The translations under genes were made by a program, and so were the position numbers. The notes beneath the pieces were generated by a model that was not told where the DNA came from, ran no database searches, and saw only the letters and a program-made list of their open reading frames with translations. 64,000 nt of DNA from the human T2T-CHM13v2.0 reference genome, Homo sapiens, in the NCBI RefSeq assembly GCF_009914755.1, contig NC_060935.1. One strand, given 5' to 3'. Every line of letters starts with the position of its first letter. Within the stretch, counting starts at the first letter, position 1. This document shows, in pieces, positions 1-12,986 of this stretch.

Positions 1-2591
1 TGTTGTAAAGTTCCTGAATTTTTCCTATTTACCTTCTTCTTTCTACTTGAGTGGAAGAAAGGAAGGAACTCTGCCCTGTATTTCTGCTTTGTGCTTCACT
101 GCTCCAAGATCTGATGCAGTCTGAAGATAGGTCCAATGGAACTGTTGTTATTGAGTCGGCTAGACAGCCTGAAATCCCCTGAAATGCAGTGATTCATTCT
201 CTGGAAATACACCTTTCCAAATAAGGAAAGGAAGAATCTAGCTCATGATGAAATAAAACAGAAAAAGGATCTCACCAAATGTTTATGCGTTTTAAGGTTG
301 CAAATATTTTTACTTGTAGATGTTGAGGTAATTTTATAATTTGAGGCAATCTGTGGGATCTAAAATTCAGGCCAATAAGTTCTCCTAAAGGGATAGCCTT
401 CCTGTATGTCCCCTGAAAATGATAAGGCAGAGAGTCTCAGAGGCACTTCAGCGACACCCCTGCACATTTTTTCTGCAACCCACCCCAGGAGTAGGTACTG
501 ATGGCAAAGTGTGCTTAAGTATAGGTTCATACTCTGCATACCTGATACCTGCTAGAGAGTGTACATCTTCTGGGATGTTCCTATTTGAGTGGCAAAACTA
601 ATGCCCTTTACATTCTTGAATTTTAGGATGCTAAATAACTAAAGATCATTCTACCCCATTGACTTCTCTGGACCCTGTCAATTTTGACCTTTAACAGCCT
701 AAAAACTCCACTTCTAGTAAATGTCAAGGAATTTAAACTTTAAAACATTCATGCAAAAGTTTGATATGTCTATAGACAGAACTTTAAAAAGAGATAAGTG
801 AGAGATTAGAAAAGATAACTGTAACCAGTTCTTGTAAGTTAAATAATTTCCTCACATTTTTCACTTCTCTGACCAAAAGTCTTTCTTAAAAACAAGTTCA
901 TCATTGTGCTGGTCTTTCTGTATAAAAGATAAAGAAGTGGAAAGAAGAAAATATGCACAATTATTTTTAAAAATTAATATTAGTTGATTTCATTACTTAA
1001 AAATTAGTACCAAATTAGATTCCTAGACTTAAGAATTCTATGTTCTCTATTTTCTATATTATTCAACCAATCAGAAATAGTTAGCCTAAATGTATTCTAA
1101 GGAGATCATGCAAATTTTAATAACTTCAGCCCCCAAGAAGGCAAATCAACCTAGGAAAATATTTGGAGGCTAAAAAAAGGGCATACTTTTTTCCTTTTCT
1201 TTAAGAGTTCAACCGACTTCTTATATGAACAATGTTTTATAGAAAATATTCCTTGCAAATTCCACTAAAATTATGCTTCTCAGAAATACTCATTTTTGTG
1301 GAGAGAAACTAAGAGAGGAGAAGAGGTATAGGTAGGCTCAGTATATCTAATCTCTTACATTTTAGAGTTTTTCTTTCCCCCATACAGGTTAGATAGAGAC
1401 AAATTAGTTGATGGCATTAGTTAAGTCGCTTAAATTCTCTGGTTTCTTAATTTCCTTGTGGAAAAAGAAAGATTTTACTCTAATTTATTTCAAAGATTAG
1501 TTACAGCTCTAACATTTAGGGAAGCTTGAGAATTTATAAAGTATTCAGTTTATAGAGGATCATACAAAGCAGCGTGATCAAACATGTTAGTTTTAGACTT
1601 GCAAATCTGAAAAATTTTCAAGTAAGATCTCCAGAGGAAACACTGTCATGTTGGCTAATATCACAAAAACTGATTACAAAGCAATTTTGATTTAGTAATA
1701 GGTGACTAATGCATGAGAATCTTTGCACTTTAATAAGAGCTGCAGAAAGGATTCTTAACATAGCATTTAGAGCAATCAGATTTTTCCTGATGCACAGTGT
1801 TTCACACAAAAGAGCAGTGGGAAGAACTGACTGCTAAAAGATTAAGGCCCAGTTAAGACTGGTTTCAATTCTCTAGTTTAAAAACGAATACTCCAAACAT
1901 GCTGTATTTTATTAAATATTAAAATGTATTTAAATAATACAATTCATGATCAGCTTTTTGGAAGTTAGACTTCCAAAAGTCTACCTTCCTGTTTTGAGAG
2001 GATTTGAAACAAACATATTTCCTTAATACAACATAGTACCATATACGAACAAACAATATAATATAAAATTTTGCCATTTCCTTCAAAGGACAATGTACAC
2101 ACAATTAGAAAAAAGGAGAAATTTAAAACGATATAGAGGCTTGATTACATGCTAAACCTAAAAGTAAGAACTTTAAAGTTAAAAATATATTCATAAGGCA
2201 TTAATTCTGAGAGTGAATAAATATGGCTTTCCAATTTCAAGGCACAGTATTAACCATACAATATATAGAATGGCTATGTGTTTTTGCCCAGTCAGCCCTG
2301 TCAATTATTTCTTTAAAGTTTTTTCATACCTTCTATACCTCTATTCCCATGATCATGGCCTTAGTTCATGACTGTACCTTAGGCTTGGAACAACAATGAC
2401 CTCTTCTCTTATGGTCATTTCACCTCTAGGTGTTCCCTACTCCACTCCCTGTGGAACATCACTTCCAAGTAAGCTTTTCTTTGATCATGTTGTTTCCAGG
2501 CTCAAAAACATTCAGTGGGTCTCTAATAATATATAAGATCCTCTGTTATGTAAGTTGAAAATAAATTTACAGCTTTCACTGAATGTTAGAA

Positions 2592-2894
2592 TTTTTTTTT
2601 TTTTTTTTTTAGACAGGGTCTCACTCTGTTGCTGAAGCTGGAGTGCAGTGGTGTGATCACGGCTTATAGCAGCCTCCATCTCCTAGGCTTAAGTGATCCC
2701 CCTGCCTCAGCCTCTTGAGCAACTGAGACTTTAGGCACATGCACCATGTCTGGGGATTTTTTTTTTTTTAATTTTAGTAGAGACAAGGTCTCACTGTGTT
2801 GCCCAGACTGGTCTCAAACTCCTGAACTCAAGTGATCCTCTCCCCCAGACTCCCAAAATGCTAGGATTGCAGGCATGAGCCACTGTGCCTGGTC
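2592..2894 (-). mobile_element. AluJ
   Basis: Poly-T followed by agacagggtctcactctgttg...gagccactgtgcctggtc, with J-type diagnostics. Degenerate TSD gaatgttagaa / ggatgtcagaa. Confidence 0.93.
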
Positions 2895-2909
2895 TGGATG
2901 TCAGAACTA

Positions 2910-3190
2910 TAATAATTTTTTAAATAAGCATTTTTTGGAATAATGTTAGATTTATAGAAGAATTGCAAAGATAATATAGAAGAATTGCAAAGATATATAG
3001 TATAGTTCTGCAAGAAGTGAGTTCTCTTATATTCTTTACTCAATTTCATCTAATATTAACATTCCACTTAACCTGGGTACATTTGTCAAAACTAAGAAAT
3101 TAACAATGGTATATTACTATTAAGTAAATTACAGACTTTATTCAGATTTCACTGATTTTCTATTAATGCTACTTTTTCTGTTCCAGGATT
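2910..3190 (-). mobile_element. Old L1M (L1MC/MD-like) 3' fragment
   Basis: tagatttatagaagaattgcaaag...catttgtcaaaactaagaaattaac...cagactttattcagatttc resembles an L1MC 3' UTR. Contains a small internal tandem duplication. Confidence 0.65.
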
Positions 3191-4198
3191 TAGTACAAAA
3201 TATTTGTAGAATTATCTAGACCTAACCTAGTTTATAAGTACATGAAAGATGAGATCATTTATGTGGCTTATCCAGGGCCATAAACTAATTAGTGGCAGAA
3301 CAGGAATATGAAATTCACATTATTTTATTTGGTCATTCATTTATTTAATCAGTCAGTAGTGATTCTTAATATTTTCTGAATCACGGTCCATTTTGAAATC
3401 TGATGAGAATATTAAAAAAAACTCTTTCCAGAAACAAGCACATGTGAGTATGCAAAGAAAATGCTTCATAAACACACTAATCATAAGGCTTAAATGTAAC
3501 AGCAGCCCCCAAAATCCTCAACAGTAATACTTTTATCTATGTTCTACCTTGGATTTTGAGTTAGATATTACTTGAATTGTTTCCACAGCCAAACATGTTT
3601 AACACTTACTTTTCTAAAGAACTTGGCCTTTTTAGCTAAACTGTGGACATCTAAAAGAACCTTCAGAAAGGATTATTAAAGCTGTGTTAATTACAAAATA
3701 AATATTGACCTCCAGGCCACTAGAAATGGTGCCATTTTTAATGGAGAAAGGGAAAGGAAAATGTAAGGAGTGACTTTTTCTTTTGCTTTAAATCATGCTT
3801 AATTACCTTAGTAACTAATTTTCACCTTATAGTATTTTAGATAATGTGGAAAATTTACTTAAGCTTGGCATTCTTTGTAAACGTTATTTATGACATATAT
3901 TTATGTATATGATTCCCACATTTAAGCAGAGTTGCCAATCACAGTATTTATACTTCAAGGAAATTCTTTCTGTGTGTGAAATTAACAGATGTCTCCCATA
4001 TAAATAGGAATTATCGACATGAATACCAGATTAATGCCTTTAAATTCTGAATCCTGGAACTAGGTAATTAACTTTTTAGCCCTGCCGTCATGAGAAGAGA
4101 GAACCACCAAGCTTTCCCTTCATACTAGTTAGGAATGGGACCTAAAGAAAAACAGCAAAACTTTACTTCTAGATTTAATCTTATGCCTAATCATATAA

Positions 4199-4516
<318 letters not shown>

Positions 4517-6039
4517 GGGAAAAATATGTCTTAAATTTCCAGACATACTCTTCATTTCATATCTATGAAAACAACCAACCACTTTTGCAAAGTACATAAT
4601 TATATATTTTCTCATTGATTCTTACAAATTTTAGCAATTAGACCTTTAAGAGTAAGCTAATAGGTAAGTTTTTACTATTTTTACTGTAAAAATAACTGCA
4701 ACATTATATTCTGATTTTTAAAGACTTCACTGCAATGGCCTTAAATATGCTGGTAAATATATGGAATGACTGAAGTGGAATATTCTAAAATCCCCCTACC
4801 CCCAAAAAAGACAGACTTATTTTTAAAAAATTGGGAAGGCATCAGATTCCTGATCCACAGAATTACATTTTCTGGGGAAAATGCTTTTTGATATATAGCA
4901 GAGAGACAAAGAAAGAGATAGTAAAAAGAAGTATTGAAATGAGTAGAATATCTCATTCAATTGTGCTAGATATGACTTTTATTGGCACATTTAAAAGGGT
5001 AATATTAATGTTGCTGTTTGTAATTGGAAAAATAGAAATGTAATTCTTGAGGCACCGCTCCAGTTTATCCTTTTGGGAAAACTACTAAGTCATTTGTCTT
5101 TACTGATTATATTTCTTTTGTAAAATATGTTTACTGTTTTGGTGCTTCCATAGAGAAAAGGATAAGATGATTAATAAAGTTATTTAAAAGACTGAAGGAT
5201 AGTAGCATGCCAGCCCGAATACTTTTTATTTTTAAATATCAAATCACTAGTGCAGATGAGCATGTTGATTTTTTTTTTTAAGAAAAGGCTACAGAAAAAC
5301 TACTAGATAAGAATTTCTTGAAGTTTCTTTGGATCTTTCCCCACATTAAGCGTCCATAGGAAGAAGAGTAAATATTTATAACATAGTATCTCATCCTTGT
5401 ATAATAATTATATTGACAAAGGAACAGAAGCAGAGTTTCTAGCTAGTGTTTTTGACTAGTATTACTGATTATTAAACTATATCGAAGGTATAGTTTAATG
5501 AAATAAAAACTATACCCAAGGAATGTCATCATTCTTCAATTATTCCATTCGTCTTTCTCTGAATTTACCAGAAAGATATGCATTCCTCCAAATTGTTTAT
5601 AAAGTAAATTCCTAAAAGCAAGCCTATATTCCCAGTAAATTATTATATGCATTAGAGACATGCTTATACAAAATGTTTTTTAGCCTCACAGAGGCAACAG
5701 ACAATTTTTTTTTTCACTTGGAAGCTTCCACTTGCCACAAGTTTGTCCCATATACTCATGTTCATTTCAGAGCTAGAGACAGAGATACTAATATAGTTAG
5801 AAATACAGACACTCCAAATAAACACGTTAGAAATAATATCCTTCCTTTTTATTATCCTGAGTATAAAAACAACTCCAGAATAGCAAAAGTTCAACCTGAG
5901 GGCATTATATCTACAAAGAGAAAACGAATCTCCCTTGCTGTAATTCCACTTTGCTCCCCACTGCTCTCTTCACCATTTTCTTGCAGAAGAAATCCTCTCA
6001 TCGAGGCTAGTAATATTCAGAAATTAATGGGTCTTTAAA

Positions 6040-6406
6040 AAAATAAAATTTGTGCTCATAAAAGTAGAGAGTAGAATTGTGGGTATTAAAGGCTAGGAAG
6101 GGTAAGAGGGGAGGAGACAATGTAGAGAAGTTAACAGATACAAAATTTCAGCTAGATAGGAGGAATAAATTCTGGTGTTCTGTAGCACTTGGGGTGAATA
6201 GGGTTAATGATAATTTATTGTGTATTTTCAGAAAGCTAGAAGAGCAGAGTTTGAATGTTCCTCACACAAAGAAATGATAAATGTTTGAGGTGATAGTTAT
6301 GCTAATTATCCTAATTTAATCATTATGCATTGTAAACACTTATCAAAATATTACTCTGTATCCTATAAACATGTACTATAATGTGTCAGCTAAAAAATTT
6401 AAAAAG
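6040..6406 (+). mobile_element. L1MA 3' end fragment
   Basis: agtagagagtagaat...gctagataggaggaataa...cacaaagaaatgataaatgtttgaggtga, ending in an A-rich tail. Confidence 0.85.
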
Positions 6407-6469
6407 TAATTATTGTTTTTTTCCATGTTATTTCAAGTAGTTATCAACCCATGGGACAGCTTGGCCACA

Positions 6470-6690
6470 GATAAGATCTCAGGCTTTAGAGTAGGGCAGC
6501 TACGGGTTTGAATTATGACTCCCGCACTTATTTAGCTCAATGTTCTTAGTGACTTATTTAACCTAAGTTTCAGTTTTTCTCATCTGAAAAACAAAGATAA
6601 TCACAATTCAGAACTCACACTCTTGCTGTAAGGATTAAATGACAATATAAATAAATTGTCAGTAATTCAATAAATGTTTGCTGTGACTAT
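6470..6690 (+). mobile_element. MIR
   Basis: gggtttgaat...ttatttaacctaagtttcagtttttctcatctgaaaa...gtaaggattaaatga core. Confidence 0.7.
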
Positions 6691-7269
6691 GATGAGATAT
6701 TGGAGCTAAAAGATGCATGAGAGCTCATCTAGGACATCAAATAGCTTAACCAATATTAGATGCAGTTCTCTTAATTCCTAGGGTAGGAATTATGCACTGT
6801 ATCAAACTCTTGCACAAAAATGTGGTCTGTGCAATTTTAAACTTGGTGCTAGAGGTCTAAAGAGAAATTAAATATTATAACTTCTTGAGTTTTGTAAGAG
6901 ATGATATGTGGGTATCTGTGTCTGAGGGCAGGTTATGCAGTGAGAGGACTGCAGTCATCTTTATAAAAACTGCTTATTTCTCAGGATAGCTTCTTAGTCT
7001 TCTCAAGCCAAGGGCTCTACTGCTTCTTAAATATAGAAATATCATTCAGTCCTACACTAGATTCCTGTCTTCAGGAATCTATATCTTAAGTCCCAGTAAA
7101 AATCCTTTACAGGCCAGAGGTCTCATTTGTGAAAGTTCTTTTTCCTCCCTAGATTTTGCTTACATAATTTATATGGTTTTTTTTTTTTCAAATCCTCAAA
7201 GACAAGTATGCAGAAGTAAGATTGGGGCTATATTTCCAGGCAGGTTTTAGCATTTAAATTTTCCCTTCT

Positions 7270-8200
7270 TGTAGGAAGAATAACCCCCACCTCCCAAGAT
7301 GTCCACATCCCAATCCCTGAAAAATGTGAATATGTTAGGTCTCATGGTATGACGTTTAATATTGAGTGTCAACTTGATTGAATTGAAGGATGCAAAGTAT
7401 TGTTCTTGGGTGTATCTTTGAGAGTGTTGCCAAAGGAGATTAACATTTGAGTCAGTGGACTGGGAAGGGCGGACCCACCCTCAAGCTGGGTGGACACAAT
7501 CTAATCTATTCCAGCACAGCCATAATAAAACCAGGCAGAAGAACATGGAAAGATTAGACTGGTTTAGTCTTCTGGCCTACGTATTTCTCTCATGCTGAAT
7601 GCTTCCTGCCCTTGAACATTGGACTCCAAGTCCTTCAGCTTTGGGACTTGGACTGTCTCCTTGCTGCTCAGCTTGCAGACGCCCTATTGTGGGACTTTAC
7701 CTTGTGATCCTGTGAGTCAATACTCCTTAATAAACTCCCCTTTATACATACATCTATCCTATTAGTTCTGTCCCTCTAGAGAACCTTGACTAATACACAT
7801 GGCAATGATGAATTAAGGGTGCAGATGGAATTAAGATTGCTAATCAGATGACATTAAAATAGAGAAATTACCATGGATTATCCAGTGGGCCTGACATAAT
7901 CACAAAAGAGTCCTTAAAAGTAGAAGAGGGAGGAAGAGTCAGTAAAAGATATGTGATGATAGAAGTAGAATTAGAAAGATGAACTATTATTGGCTTTGAT
8001 GATGGAAGAAGAAGGTTCTGAACAGAGGAATGAGAGTGGCCTCAAAGCTGGAAAAGGCAAGAAAGCATGTTATCACCTAGAACTTTCAGCAAAGAATGAA
8101 GGCCTCATGACGCCCACGCTGATTTTAGCTAGGTGAGACCTGTGTCAGACTTGTGCCCTATAGAACTATAAAATAATGTTTGTGTTGTTGAAGCCAACAG
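7270..8200 (+). mobile_element. MLT1 (MLT1C/D-like, ERVL-MaLR) solo LTR, interrupted by MLT2A1 and truncated at its 3' end
   Basis: caagatgtccacatcccaatccctg...tgtgaatatgtta, resuming at 7798 with gcagatggaattaagattgctaatcag...gctggaaaaggcaagaaa...tgtgttgttgaagcca. Confidence 0.85.
7348..7797 (+). mobile_element. MLT2A1-like (HERV-L) solo LTR nested in MLT1
   Basis: gagtgtcaacttgattgaattgaaggatgcaaagtattg...ctagagaaccttgactaataca, 450 bp. 5-bp TSD catgg at 7343-7347 and 7798-7802. Confidence 0.92.
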
Positions 8201-8204
8201 TAAG

Positions 8205-8264
8205 TAATTAATCTAATTAGTAAGCAATCACATATATATGATTACTTACTAATTAGATTAATTA
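8205..8264. repeat. 60-bp near-perfect palindrome (28 of 30 pairs, no spacer)
   Basis: taattaatctaattagtaagcaatcacata | tatatgattacttactaattagattaatta. Confidence 0.95.
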
Positions 8265-8354
8265 TATACTATATATACGATTACATACATATATATGATT
8301 ACTTATTAAGTAATGATTACTTAGTAATCATATGTATATAGATATACATATATG

Positions 8355-8440
8355 ATTCCCACATTTAAGCAGAGGTACATAATTCAATTAATCATGTGAT
8401 TAATTGAATTAATTATGTACCTTAGCTTAAATTTGGGAAT
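8355..8440. repeat. Imperfect inverted repeat, about 40-bp arms
   Basis: attcccacatttaagcagaggtacataattcaattaatca-tg-tgattaattgaatt(aatt)atgtaccttagcttaaatttgggaat. Confidence 0.92.
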
Positions 8441-8474
8441 TTCCCATGTACACAGCCAATTTTTAATCGTATGA

Positions 8475-8617
8475 CTATGATTTAGACAGTCATCAGTAAG
8501 GGACTTTTGTTAATAAAAACACATAGGAATAAACTGATTACTATCTCAGCTCTTAGTCACAGCTCAAAATGCACCTTTGACCAAATTACCAAACCCATTC
8601 TTTCTCTCAAATTTCCA
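8475..8617 (+). repeat. 143-bp local direct duplication, copy 1 (probable donor)
   Basis: Matches 9731-9873 with 6 substitutions by manual alignment. Confidence 0.96.
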
Positions 8618-9730
8618 GATGAGGTCTGTAATCCTACTAGCACACATCATTCATCATGGCTAAATTTATAAATTATGAGATTCAAGTGAAGGAATAAGAT
8701 GGTTTCTTCCTCCATGGAAAGAACAGGATGAAGCAGTAAATGAATGTCTAATATGTTCCAAGTATAAGGAGCTTTAAAAATATCACATTAAATGCCAACA
8801 ATAATCTTCATAAACATGTACCCATTTTAGAGATGAGATAACTTGGTCCAAAGAAATTAAGTCACTAAAGTTCATGTAGACAGGAAAATTTAGAGCCTGG
8901 ATTCTACCTTAGGCATTTTGATTCTGAGCTCATGCACTTCACCACTGCCTAATCTGCTCGACTGTACATGCTCTCATACAATGAGCTGTTCAGGTAGCAG
9001 TGGTTAGGAAGAAGCTTGGTTTTAACAGAAAGAAGCCTTTCACAGTCAATTAAAAATAGGCGTTCTAAAACATCTGGAAGTAGATCAATTGTAAAATGAG
9101 AAAAGCAAAAATGTTTAAAGATTAAGAAAAATTTCATACCAAAGTAATTCAAGTCTTTCTACACTTTTAGTTTGCACTGTAGCAAGAAAAAATAATTATG
9201 CTGAGATAAATCATTTATTTCAAAATTTGCTAAAGCCATCCTTCATATAAGCAATTATTTGTGTTTTATAGATCAGCAGCATGATGTTAAGACAGTTGTT
9301 TATAATATATGCATTATTTTAAAATATATATTATATGCAGTAAAGTAATATTAGTATATATGATATATATATTATATGCACTATTTAAAGTGCATATATT
9401 AATGGTGCATATATTATGTGCACTATTTAAAATCCATATCCCATAAAAAACTTATCCCATCATTGGGATGATGGGAACAAAAATGTGTGTAAACACATTT
9501 ATTGAAGAAAAATGAAAATGTCTAATTTGGAAAACTTAAAACTCAATAAAAATTTCTTTTTTGTAATGTCATGTAAATAATGTTCACAGGAACAAACTTT
9601 GTGATAATTAAAAAATAGAAAATATACCGAAGTGTTGATCAACAGAGGAATATATGTATGAAATATTAAAATATGGTGGAGTCATACACTGAAATGTCAT
9701 ACAGCGATTAAAATGATGAGCTAGAGCTGT

Positions 9731-9873
9731 CTATGATTTAGACAGTCATCAGTAAGGGACTTTTGTTAATAAAAACACATAGGAATAAACTGATTACTAT
9801 CTCAGCTTTTAGTTACAGCTCAAAATGCACCTTCGACCAAATTACCAAACCCATTCTTTCTTTGGAATTTCCA
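9731..9873 (+). repeat. 143-bp local direct duplication, copy 2 (inserted in an L1M fragment)
   Basis: ctatgatttagacagtcatcagtaagggac...atttcca, same as 8475-8617. Confidence 0.96.
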
Positions 9874-10053
9874 AAGAAAGATGCTCCAACATGGATAGAT
9901 CTTAAAAGTATTAAATTGTGTTTAAAAGAAACCAAAGTTAGTGATAACAGTCATACAGTAAAATACCATTTATGAAAATTAAAACATGTAAAATAAAATT
10001 ATATTGTTCATGGATACATATGTAGAAAGTTAATATATAGAACATGGGACTGA

Positions 10054-10381
<328 letters not shown>

Positions 10382-12339
10382 TCATTAGGATGTCACAATG
10401 AAAGATTGAGAAAATTACAAAGAAAATGTTTTGTTCATTTTTATTAAGAAATATCTGAAGCAAAATATAAAGTGTTTAACTATGGTAGGATCATGGATAT
10501 TTTATTATCTTTTCAGTACTCCACAATAGTTACAAAAATATTTTTAAAATTCAATTATTTGAATATTTAAGACAAAATGCATTTGGAATGAACAATTCAA
10601 AAAATGATTTCAGTTTATCATAATATCAAAACAGTCCACTTCCAAAGTTTATAATAATCATATAGTTTTCAAGATAAACAGGTAATGTTGGACATTCTAC
10701 AGAATGTAATTCAGGGATAAAATAGAGATTTCAAACTCTCATGAGCTTAATACTGGGTTTTACTTCATAAATTATATTTGTTCTAAGAATCTACCCACCT
10801 GTCAGCTCAACGTGTCTATCTATGGCTCTGTTTGATTTTGGGGGGCCTGGGGGTGAAGGTGCAGAACAATAACACAACAGTAAGCTTCAGTGTATGCAGT
10901 AGTTGAAATGATTTCATTCCTCAGACCTTGTTAATCACTAAGGATCATCATAAACTGTGAAAAAGACTACAAAAACTCTGAGTCACCACCAAAATGCACA
11001 GACTTGTATGGCTGGCAGAGTTTTTTTTTTTTTTAATACATCACTATGTAAACAAAGCCAGCTACTGTTATGATGTCTAAGCAACAGGGCATGAACTCCT
11101 CACACAGGTTGGGCCCATTCTTTTACACATCTTTTTTTTTTTTTTTTAAGTGAAGTTGTCACAGAAGACATAAATCTACACTAAGTTACACAAACATGGA
11201 AAATAAGTATCAATACCATGATGGGAATAAATGGAACCATGTAATAGGATATGAGTGAGGTAGCTGATCTTCAGTAACTTTTTTCATCGTATAGAGCAGA
11301 AAGTATCAGAATCACTGATCTCTACTAGAGAATTTGACAAAATTCAATTTGCCATGGTAATTGTTGTCAGATCATCTGTAATATGCCCAGAATTGTGTTG
11401 GGAAAATTGGGAGAAGTTTAAAAGATGCAAATCCTCTTATAAATATCCTGAAAATAGCATATAGTTCTTAGATAAGTAATGATTAGATAGAATCCTGAAA
11501 CTTTGTCCAGAAGTTGTCTGTGAGGCCCTCAAAATCTCTTGGGTTCCTTAAAATTAGTAAGAGGTGTGTCTTTATTCAAAAACTGTAAAATCAAGGTATC
11601 CACTACTTTAATGAGCTTAGCAAGAGCTTTAAAATGTATTTTTAATGTGCACTTTCTCTTAATTTTATATTTGTAATTTCAGTTTTCTTTCTCATCTATT
11701 TTGCAGAATCTGGAAGTATCTGCTTTCATCTAAAAACTTTAAATTCCCTCTCTGGAATTTCTGATACCAAATTACCCTCTAATTTGGTATCAAAAGTTTG
11801 AAAATATCACTATTTTATTTATTATTATAGTCAACTTTTATCTTTATATTCAAATTTTCTGCTTGAGTTTTTTGTAACCATGTTAATAGAAAAATCAATG
11901 GCCACTATTCCTACTATACATTTTTTTCAGTATGATTCTAAGTTACCTAAAACATGAAATTAATTAAGCAGCTGTACAGTAATGCCCAGAATAAAGCCAA
12001 AGTGTGATAAAGTAAGACATTTTCATGCTTTTCTTTGCTGTTAATTTTGAAAATGTCCATCTTATCAATGTATTTATTCATTAATTTGATAAATATTTAC
12101 AGAGTGCTTATTATGGGCTAGACATTTTTATAAGTTTGGGGATATAATGATGAGCCAAACTCATCATTATGACTGTGAGAGACACAGTCGCTGCCCATAT
12201 ACAGGGCTTAATATCTAATAGGGGAAATTTCTACCAGACACAAAATAAGAATGAATTCAGGAGGCAAAAATGTGTAGTGTTGTCAAAGATTACCTTTAAG
12301 ATAAAAAGAATTTAATGTTTTACTCTGTACCTGGTATAG

Positions 12340-12550
12340 CAGAGCATTCAAAATCCCAAAGTCCAAAATGCTCCAAAATCTGAAACTTTTTGAGAACCAA
12401 CACGATACTGAAAGGAAATGCTCTTTGGAAGATATTGGATTTCAGATTTTCAAATTTGGGATGCTCACCAGGTAATATGCACAAATATTCCAAAACTCAA
12501 AAAATTTCAAACCGTAAAACACTTGTGGTCCCAAGCATTTTGAGTAAGGT
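12340..12550 (+). mobile_element. Tigger4a/MER46A-like DNA transposon relic
   Basis: ccaaaatgctccaaaatctgaaactttttgag...aaaggaaatgctc...acttgtggtcccaagcatttt. Confidence 0.8.
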
Positions 12551-12986
12551 ATAATTTATATATATATAAATTTAAAGACTTTATTTATTTATTCAAAAAA
12601 ACAGTCCAACCACCTTTTCTATTGTATTTCTTCCATTTTTATAAACAGAAACATTTTGAAAATATTGAGATTTCTATTATAATGCAGATCCTTAAGAACA
12701 TTTGCTCTCCTGTATTTTAAACAGGTATACTTAAGAAGGACAGAGACTGTGGGAAATGACAAACCTATATTCACCTCTCAGTCATGTCAGATTTTTCATG
12801 CACTCTCACAGAGTGCAAATAAAAGTTTGTGTCACAATTACTATCTATCTTTTGGGTTTGGGCAGTTCTACTCATAATATCTTGGAGAATGACAGGATCA
12901 AGAAAAAGAACAGGGACTCACAGATGACAGCATAGCAGCCCAAAACAAAGGCCAAGACAGGAAGGAGGAGGCCAGAGAACACTTAC

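Noticed and set aside
5673-6038. 121-aa plus-strand ORF in unique sequence
   Set aside because: No recognisable homology, splice signals or promoter context. The length is compatible with chance.
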